DNA of 64,000 nucleotides. Source: an uncultured Acidobacteriota bacterium. Its GTDB lineage: Bacteria; Acidobacteriota; Vicinamibacteria; Fen-336. The DNA lies in NCBI GenBank assembly GCA_963720545.1, contig OY970399.1, positions 1,856,001-1,920,000 of the forward strand. Direction: 5' to 3'. Both the position numbers and the translations under genes were made by a program. The notes beneath the pieces are model-generated. The model did no database searches. It was not told the DNA's origin and was given only the letters and a program-made list of their open reading frames with translations. Below, piece by piece: positions 57,783 through 64,000 of this stretch (within the stretch, counting starts at the first letter, position 1; every line of letters begins with the position of its first letter).

Positions 57783-59130
57783 ACTTCTTAGCAGCCTTCT
57801 TTGGCAATGGGTTGAGCATGTAGTCGACGGTGAGGTTGGACAGCAGGCGGACGCCTACTGGCAACGCTTTTTCGTCGGCGTAGAAGAGCGGCGAGTGGTT
57901 GGAGGCGGCCTTGTCCGGGTCGCCCGGCGGGGCGACGCCGAGGGCCACGAACAGGCCCGGCACCTTTTCGGCGAAGTACGAGAAGTCTTCGGCTCCGGTG
58001 ATGGCCTGGCCCACGGCGCTGTGGTCGGGGCCGGTGACGCGGGCGATGGTGGGAACCATCTTCTCGGTGAGGGCCGGGTCGTTGACGGTGACGGGATAGC
58101 CGAGCGTCACGGTGACGTCGGCGGTGGCGCCGGCGCTTTCGGCGATCGACTTCGCGGTGCGCTTCAGCCGCTCGTGGATGTCGGTGCGGACCGCGGCGTC
58201 GAAGGTGCGGAGGGTACCTTCGAGGTAGACGTCGTCCGGGATGATGTTGTTGCGCACGCCGCCCTTGATGATGCCGACCGTCACGATCGAAGGCGTCAAG
58301 GTCACGTCGAGCTGGCGGCTCGCGATCGTCTGCAGGCCCAGCACTATCTGTGAAGCGACCACGATCGGGTCGACGCCCTTCCATGGGGCGGCGCCGTGGG
58401 TCTGGCGGCCCTTCACCAGGATCTTGAAGCTGTCGGCGCTCGCCAGGAAGCCGTTCGGCCGGTAGCGCACTTCGCCCACCGGCAGCGGGAACACGTGCAG
58501 GCCGAAGATCGCATCGGGCACCGGGTTCTCGAGGACGCCCTCCTTGATCATGAGCGCAGCACCGCCTTCCTCGCCATCCGGCGGGCCCTCTTCCGCGGGC
58601 TGGAAGATGAACTTCACGGTGCCGGGCAGCGTCGCCTTCATGCCGGCGAGCACCTCGGCGGTGCCCATCAGGATCGCCACGTGGTTGTCGTGGCCGCAGG
58701 CGTGCATCACGCCCACTTCGGCGCCGTTGTACGTCGTCTTCACCTTCGACGCGAACGGCACGTCCACACGCTCGGTCACCGGCAGCGCATCCATGTCGGC
58801 GCGCAGCGCCACCACGGGGCCTGGCTTGCCGCCCTTGAGCACGCCGACGACGCCGGTCACGCCGACGCCCGTCTTCACTTCGAGCCCCAGTTTCGTCAAG
58901 TGATCGGCCACCAGCTTGGCGGTGCGCGTCTCGCGGTTGCCGAGCTCGGGATGCTCGTGGATGTCGCGGCGCCACGCGACCACCTGCGGTTCGACCGCGG
59001 CGGTGCGCTTGTCGATGTCGGCGTGCATCGCAGCGCCCGCGTCGGGCTTCGCCGCGGCAGCGCCCGCCTGAGTTCCGAACGCTGCGAAGAGCATGAAGAT
59101 GCCGGCGGCCGCGGCCATGTGGATTTTCAT
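57781..59130 (-). CDS. Secreted M20D amidohydrolase / carboxypeptidase
   Basis: HEHPELG, LRADMDALP, MHACGHD, FQPAEEG, AEDFS, NHSP; signal peptide. Confidence 0.92.
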   Translation of the reverse strand: MKIHMAAAAGIFMLFAAFGTQAGAAAAKPDAGAAMHADIDKRTAAVEPQVVAWRRDIHEHPELGNRETRTAKLVADHLTKLGLEVKTGVGVTGVVGVLKGGKPGPVVALRADMDALPVTERVDVPFASKVKTTYNGAEVGVMHACGHDNHVAILMGTAEVLAGMKATLPGTVKFIFQPAEEGPPDGEEGGAALMIKEGVLENPVPDAIFGLHVFPLPVGEVRYRPNGFLASADSFKILVKGRQTHGAAPWKGVDPIVVASQIVLGLQTIASRQLDVTLTPSIVTVGIIKGGVRNNIIPDDVYLEGTLRTFDAAVRTDIHERLKRTAKSIAESAGATADVTVTLGYPVTVNDPALTEKMVPTIARVTGPDHSAVGQAITGAEDFSYFAEKVPGLFVALGVAPPGDPDKAASNHSPLFYADEKALPVGVRLLSNLTVDYMLNPLPKKAAKK

Positions 59131-59160
59131 GGCCGCGACGCTAGCACGCGTGCGCTCCGC

Positions 59161-61332
59161 CTAGAAGCGCACGCCGTAAACGACGCGGAACGACCGGCCC
59201 ATCTCCGGCGCCAGCTCCTTCAGGTATGAAAGATGGTTCCGATAGAGCTCGTCGCCCGCGTTGTCGAGCCGCACGGTGAGGGTATGGGCGGTCGTGCCGC
59301 TGGTGAGCGTGTAGGAGCCGTGGAAGTTCACGACCGTGTAGCCGGCGGTCGGCAGCTCTTCCCCGTAGACGCGGTCCTGGCGTGCGGCGGCGCGGACCTC
59401 GCCCTCGAGGTGCAGCCCCTTCCTTTCGTAGCGCAAGCCGGCCCAGCCGCGGTACGGCGGGATGCGCGGCAGCGCGTCGTCCGTGCTGCGCAACTCGCCG
59501 TGCACGCCGTCGCCGCCAAGTTCCAGCCACAGAGAACCGGTCACAGCCGCGTCCACGTGGGCTTCGAACCCTTGCAGCCGGGCATCGGCCGCGGTGAAGC
59601 GAATCACCGGCAGCTCGTCCTCGATTTCACCGGACTGCAACGGGAAGATGTAGTCGTCGATGTCGTTGCGAAACACCGTGAGTTCGCCGCTGAAACGCGC
59701 TCGGCGCCAGCGCAGGGACAGGTCCGCGCCTCGGCCCACTTCGGTGCCGAGACCGGGATCGCCGATTTCGAACGCGTTGTTGCCCGGGTGCGCACCGACG
59801 TTGTAGAGCTCCTCGAGGCTCGGGTTGCGGGCCGCGCGCGCCAGGCTGAGCGCCAGGGTGACGTCCTCGCGCAGGTACGCAAGGGCCCCGAACGAGCCCG
59901 ATGCGTTGGTGAAGCGCCGCGCCACCACGTTGTCGCGGTCCGGCACGAACGAGGCATCGGGATCGAAGCTGGTGTGGTCGAGGCGCGCGCCGAGCTGCAG
60001 CGTCACATGGCCGAACGGGCGTTCCTCGTAGAAGTACGCAGCTGCCGAGTGCTGCGTCGTCGGCGGCGCCAGCGCCTCCTCCCCGATCGACTCATAGTCG
60101 CGCGTCGCTCCCTGGAAGCCGATCGTGCCCTTGATGCCGGTCGAGCCGAGCGGCGCGTGGTTGAGCGCCACGTTGCCCTCCCAATACTTGTTGAAGAACT
60201 GCGTGCCAACGTCCTCGCCTTCGAACTCGGTGTGCGAGTAGTTGCGGTAGCCCAGCTCCACCTTCACGCCCTCGATGAAAGAGCCGTCGAAGCGGCGCTC
60301 GCCGCGCAGGTCGGCGCGATGGCGACGCGGGTTGAGAGTGATGTTGCCCGACTCGACGTACGGGATGCCGTAGGTGGTGCGGTTGAAGTTGTACGCGGCG
60401 CCGACGAAGCCCTTGTCGTCGGCATAGCCCACCGAGCTGCCGAGCGACACCATGTCGCTCTGGCTGTTGGGCACCTGGCCGATCGGCGTGTCGTAGTCAC
60501 GGGTGCGCCGCGCGCTGCCGCCGCCGCGCAGCGACCAGCCGTTGCGGCCAAATACGGCCGTGCCGCTGCCGCCGGCTTCGCCGTTGCTGCTGCCACCGTC
60601 GAGGTTCAGGTAGCCGTGGGTGCCAGAAATCGGCGCGCGCGGGATCTCGTCGGAGATGACGTTGATGACGCCGCCGATGGCGCTGGCGCCATAGAGCAGC
60701 GTCGCCGGGCCGCGCACCACTTCGATGCGGTTGGCGGCGGCAGGATCGAGGGTGACGCCGTGATCGCCGGACTGGAACGAGAGGTCGCCGGTGCGCACGC
60801 CGTTCTCCAGGATCAACACCCGGTCGCCGTCGAGGCCACGGATCACCGGGCGGGCATTGCCCGCGCCGAAGGAGCGCACGTTGACGCCCGGTTCGGAACC
60901 GAGCGTCGCGCCCAGGGTGGCGCCGAGGCGCTGCTGCAGCTCTTCGCCGCCGAGCACGGCCGCGGGCTGGAAGCTCTCGAAGGTGTCGCGGGCGGTCGGG
61001 CTGACGGTGATCGATTCGGTGACGTGCACCGCCTGCGCCAGCGTGAAGTCGAAGGACGCCGCGAGGTCGGTGCCGACGACGGCCTCGCGCCGCACGGTGG
61101 CGAAGCCGCTGAGCGCCGCGACCAGGTGGTAGCGGCCCGGCGCAATGCCGGCGATGCGGCAGGTGCCGCTGGAGTCGGTGACGCACTCCTTCTTGAGGGC
61201 GGGATCGTCACCGAGGGTGACGGTGGCACCGGCGAGCGGCAGGTCGTCGGCGTCGCGGACCGAGAACGAGGCGTCCGCGGCGGGCAGGAGCGATGCGGCG
61301 AGAAGCAACGACTGGATGGACGAATACAGCAT
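59161..61332 (-). CDS. TonB-dependent receptor, ZnuD-like metal receptor
   Basis: RPVIRGLDGDRV, SGDHGV, IEVVRGPATLLYG..AIGGVINV, YSHTE, ELY..GAH, YRNHLS, C-terminal F. Confidence 0.85.
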   Translation of the reverse strand: MLYSSIQSLLLAASLLPAADASFSVRDADDLPLAGATVTLGDDPALKKECVTDSSGTCRIAGIAPGRYHLVAALSGFATVRREAVVGTDLAASFDFTLAQAVHVTESITVSPTARDTFESFQPAAVLGGEELQQRLGATLGATLGSEPGVNVRSFGAGNARPVIRGLDGDRVLILENGVRTGDLSFQSGDHGVTLDPAAANRIEVVRGPATLLYGASAIGGVINVISDEIPRAPISGTHGYLNLDGGSSNGEAGGSGTAVFGRNGWSLRGGGSARRTRDYDTPIGQVPNSQSDMVSLGSSVGYADDKGFVGAAYNFNRTTYGIPYVESGNITLNPRRHRADLRGERRFDGSFIEGVKVELGYRNYSHTEFEGEDVGTQFFNKYWEGNVALNHAPLGSTGIKGTIGFQGATRDYESIGEEALAPPTTQHSAAAYFYEERPFGHVTLQLGARLDHTSFDPDASFVPDRDNVVARRFTNASGSFGALAYLREDVTLALSLARAARNPSLEELYNVGAHPGNNAFEIGDPGLGTEVGRGADLSLRWRRARFSGELTVFRNDIDDYIFPLQSGEIEDELPVIRFTAADARLQGFEAHVDAAVTGSLWLELGGDGVHGELRSTDDALPRIPPYRGWAGLRYERKGLHLEGEVRAAARQDRVYGEELPTAGYTVVNFHGSYTLTSGTTAHTLTVRLDNAGDELYRNHLSYLKELAPEMGRSFRVVYGVRF

Positions 61333-61337
61333 GGCAA

Positions 61338-61408
61338 CGGACCTCCGGAAAAAAGCCAGAAACGATGAAACGGCGGGACGGGTGGCGTTTCAGGCTGCGG
61401 GAGGTCCG
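61338..61408 (-). promoter_or_regulatory. Predicted anti-SD/SD pairing that sequesters the receptor ribosome-binding site
   Basis: On the minus strand CGGACCTCC (61400-61408, within the R-G-P-P codons) is the exact reverse complement of GGAGGTCCG (61338-61346, SD 9 nt before ATG 61332). Confidence 0.65.
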
Positions 61409-61677
61409 CGGTTCGGCACGGCGGCGCGCGCCGGCGTGCGGGGCGCCGCGGGTTGCGCAAAGGTGACGGCTTCAAATGTGGCTGGTGCGACGACCGCGGG
61501 TGCGGCTGCGACCACGGGTCCGGCGACTACCGACGCCGAGCGGCACGCGAGGCAATGCAGCTCGACGACGCAGCCGTCGTCGGTATGGAAGAAGGACTGG
61601 TCGGCAAGGTTCGTCGCGAAGCCCAGGAGCGCCAGCAGGGCGACGGCGGCGAAACGAACCTTGCGCGACCGCGGCAT
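61390..61677 (-). CDS. Putative metal-sensing leader/arrest peptide (DUF2946/CruR-like architecture)
   Basis: 95 aa: signal/TM N-terminus, H31-x4-C36-x4-H41-C42-x2-C45, Ala/Pro/Val linker, RGPP at residues 90-93; directly upstream of a TonB-dependent receptor. Confidence 0.75.
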   Translation of the reverse strand: MPRSRKVRFAAVALLALLGFATNLADQSFFHTDDGCVVELHCLACRSASVVAGPVVAAAPAVVAPATFEAVTFAQPAAPRTPARAAVPNRGPPAA

Positions 61678-61681
61678 CTGC

Positions 61682-62530
61682 CTAGGCCGTCGTGCCGCGC
61701 CGGATGAGCGGACGGACGAGCGCCATGAGGATGAGGATGAGGCCGAAGGTGCAGACCATGGTGGCGCCGGTCGGCAGATCGAGCTGCACCGACAGGTACA
61801 TGCCGAGCGCCGAGACCACGAAGCCCATGGTCCAGCCGATGGCTAGGCGCTTGCCGATGCCGTCGGCGTACAGCATGGCTGCGACCGACGGCACGATGAG
61901 GTAGCAGAACACCAGCAACACGCCGGCGATCGAGACCGAAGACGTCACGACGAAGCCGAAGGACGCGTAGAACAGGAAATCCCAGAAGCGCACCGACCGC
62001 CCGTTGACCTCGTTCGTGTCGCGCCCGTGGTTCATCGAGATGGCGAGGAACTGGCGGCGGAAGATGTAGTGGAAGAGTCCCACGGCGCCGTAGAGGATGG
62101 CGGTCTTTTCCACCTCCGGCCACGAGACCGCGAGGATGTTGCCCACCAGCATGTCCTTCAGGTGCTCGGCTTCGGACGTGGCGTGGCTCATGGCGAGGAT
62201 CGACGCCGCCGAAGCGACCGCGTACGAGATGCCGATGATCGCCTCCTGCGGGATGCGCGCGCGCGTGGCGCGGATGGTCGAGAAGATGGCGGCGCCGATG
62301 AAGGTGAACGCGAGGCTCACCCAGTAGACCTTCGGGCCATGGGGATCGCCGCCCGAGAACGGCATCAGGATGGCGACCGAGGCGCCGAGCGCGGCGATCT
62401 GCGCCAGCGACAGGTCGACGAAGATGACGCCGCGCTCCACCACGTGCACGCCGAGGTACGCGTGGATGCCGGTGAGGATGAGGCTCGCCGCGAACGGCGC
62501 CGCCAGGAACGACAGGATGGTCATGTCCAA
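61682..62530 (-). CDS. Metal ABC transporter permease (ZnuB/MntB family)
   Basis: GVHVVERGVIFVDLSLAQ, EAIIGI, GNIL, GVLLVFCYLIVP, DLPTGA. Confidence 0.88.
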   Translation of the reverse strand: MDMTILSFLAAPFAASLILTGIHAYLGVHVVERGVIFVDLSLAQIAALGASVAILMPFSGGDPHGPKVYWVSLAFTFIGAAIFSTIRATRARIPQEAIIGISYAVASAASILAMSHATSEAEHLKDMLVGNILAVSWPEVEKTAILYGAVGLFHYIFRRQFLAISMNHGRDTNEVNGRSVRFWDFLFYASFGFVVTSSVSIAGVLLVFCYLIVPSVAAMLYADGIGKRLAIGWTMGFVVSALGMYLSVQLDLPTGATMVCTFGLILILMALVRPLIRRGTTA

Positions 62531-62534
62531 GGGG

Positions 62535-63443
62535 TTACTTAGCTCCCGCGAAGGCGGCCACGAGCTTGGCCGTGATGGCGTCGAACAGCTTGATGTAGTC
62601 GGTGATCTCCTTCTCGGCGCCGACCGACGGCGGCAGCACCACCACGGCCGCGCCGGTCTCGCGCGCCACCGAGTTCGGTGTCTTGAGGTCGAAGTACGGC
62701 TCCACCACCAGCACCTTGACGTTGTCGCGCTTCATCTGCGCGATCAGGTCGATCGTGTGGCTGGGAGAGGGCGGGATGCCGGGCCGCGGCTCGACGTAGC
62801 CGACCACGTTCAGGCCGAAACGGTCGCAGAGGTTCGGCCACGAGCGGTGATACGTGACGATCTTCGCGCCCTTGAGCGGCGCCATCACGGTGTTCCAGCG
62901 CGTCTCGGCGGCCGCCAGCCGCTTGTCGAAGTCGGCGTAGCGGGCGGCGAAGTAGCCGCTGTCGGCGGGGCTGATCGCCGCGAGCTTCGCCTGGATCGCC
63001 TGCGCCATGTGGCGACCGTTGCCCGGGTCGAGCCAGTAGTGCGGGTTGCCGGCAGGATGCACGTCGCCCATGGCGCGGGTCAGCTGTCCTGTGGGAATCT
63101 CGAGGATGCGCACGTTCAGCGAAGCGTCCAGGTAACCGTTGGCTCCCGGCTGCACCTTGGCATTGCGGCTCTGGTTGATGAGCGGCGGCAGCCAGCCGAT
63201 CTCCATCTCGCGGCCCACCGCCACCAGCAGGTCGGCGGCGTGCAGCTTGAGGATGAAGCTCGGCTTGGCTTCGACGAAATGCGGATCCTGGTAGCCGCGG
63301 GCGAGCGCATCGACTTCCACCTTGTCGCCGCCCACCTCGCGGGTGAGCGCCGCGAGATCTTCGGTGGTGGCGACGACCTTGATCGCTGCCTGGGCGGGAA
63401 GCGCCCCGAGCAACGTTGCGAGTAAAGCTGCGGCGAATCGCAT
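62535..63443 (-). CDS. Metal ABC transporter substrate-binding protein (ZnuA/TroA family)
   Basis: Signal peptide, VVATT, QDPHF, GDVHPAGNPHYWLDP, YH, EPRPGIPPS. Confidence 0.9.
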   Translation of the reverse strand: MRFAAALLATLLGALPAQAAIKVVATTEDLAALTREVGGDKVEVDALARGYQDPHFVEAKPSFILKLHAADLLVAVGREMEIGWLPPLINQSRNAKVQPGANGYLDASLNVRILEIPTGQLTRAMGDVHPAGNPHYWLDPGNGRHMAQAIQAKLAAISPADSGYFAARYADFDKRLAAAETRWNTVMAPLKGAKIVTYHRSWPNLCDRFGLNVVGYVEPRPGIPPSPSHTIDLIAQMKRDNVKVLVVEPYFDLKTPNSVARETGAAVVVLPPSVGAEKEITDYIKLFDAITAKLVAAFAGAK

Positions 63444-63452
63444 TGCGTCTCC

Positions 63453-64000
63453 TTAGAAAGGATGAGCGCCGTGGGCGCCGATCGAAAAGAGGAACTGGAA
63501 GAGGAACTCGTTGGCCGTGTTGCCTTCGGCGTAATTGGTGCGGCGCAGCTGGCCGCGGACCTGGCTGAATTCGCTCGGCCAGTAGGTGAGCAGCAGCGAG
63601 CCGCCCTTGTCCTTGAGGTCGCCGTTGCCCGCGCGGCCGGAATAGTCCCAGCGCGCACCGGCGAACCAGCGGCGAGCGAACTGGTACTCGCCGTAGACGT
63701 AGGTGCCGAAGGCGCGCTCGGTGGAGAGCGGATCGCGCAGGCGGCTCCACACCAGCTCGCTGCGGCCGATGACGCGCTTGTAGATCGCGCGCCGCAGCGG
63801 TCGGTAGCGAAGGGTGACGTCGGCGCCGAACAGTCGCGTGGTGCTGTCGGCGCCGCCCTGGTTGTGGCCGTAGGCGAACGAGCCGCCGAGGTCGAGATTC
63901 GTCGATTCGCTGAGGTCGCGGTAGGCGCGCAGCTTGCCGACATAGGTGAGGTCGCCGCGCGTTGGCGCCGCGAAAACCTCGGAGTTGCCGGAGTAGACCT
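63453..64000 (-). CDS. Outer-membrane porin-like protein (C-terminal part only)
   Basis: Frame open to the window edge; amphipathic beta strands; ends FQFLFSIGAHGAHPF. Confidence 0.7.
   Translation of the reverse strand, partial: VYSGNSEVFAAPTRGDLTYVGKLRAYRDLSESTNLDLGGSFAYGHNQGGADSTTRLFGADVTLRYRPLRRAIYKRVIGRSELVWSRLRDPLSTERAFGTYVYGEYQFARRWFAGARWDYSGRAGNGDLKDKGGSLLLTYWPSEFSQVRGQLRRTNYAEGNTANEFLFQFLFSIGAHGAHPF

Overview
High-GC bacterial chromosomal segment of about 50 genes, by eye most like Acidobacteriota (e.g. Vicinamibacteria), judged from the CadC-TolB-TPR regulator and the many secreted hydrolases. I saw no rRNA, tRNA, CRISPR array, integrase or transposase. Left part: two catabolic gene sets (695-3866 and 10211-21127: transaminases, amino-acid permease, CoA transferase/ligase, beta-oxidation) that share a repeated palindromic operator-like motif. 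Between them is a minus-strand peptidase-permease-metallohydrolase operon with many frameshifts, probably low-quality long-read consensus around 8.0-10.0 kb. Middle: a tightly packed run of secreted amide/peptide hydrolases (two D-aminoacylase-like enzymes, cyanophycinase-like, GGT, three beta-lactamase-fold proteins, a metzincin), gpgS, a radical SAM gene, and a cobalamin riboswitch followed by btuBFCD plus a second BtuF-like gene. Right: pilT-like, recQ, glgP, degP-like, a Fis-like HTH gene, nadE, an M20 amidohydrolase and a metal (Zn/Mn-type) uptake locus. Best candidate for a little-described system: a 95-aa leader ORF (61390-61677) with a signal-like N-terminus, an H/C metal motif and a C-terminal RGPP arrest-type motif. 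Its RGPP codons are complementary to the Shine-Dalgarno region of the downstream TonB-dependent receptor, suggesting a metal-sensing ribosome-stalling switch. All product calls come from motif recognition by eye, not database searches.
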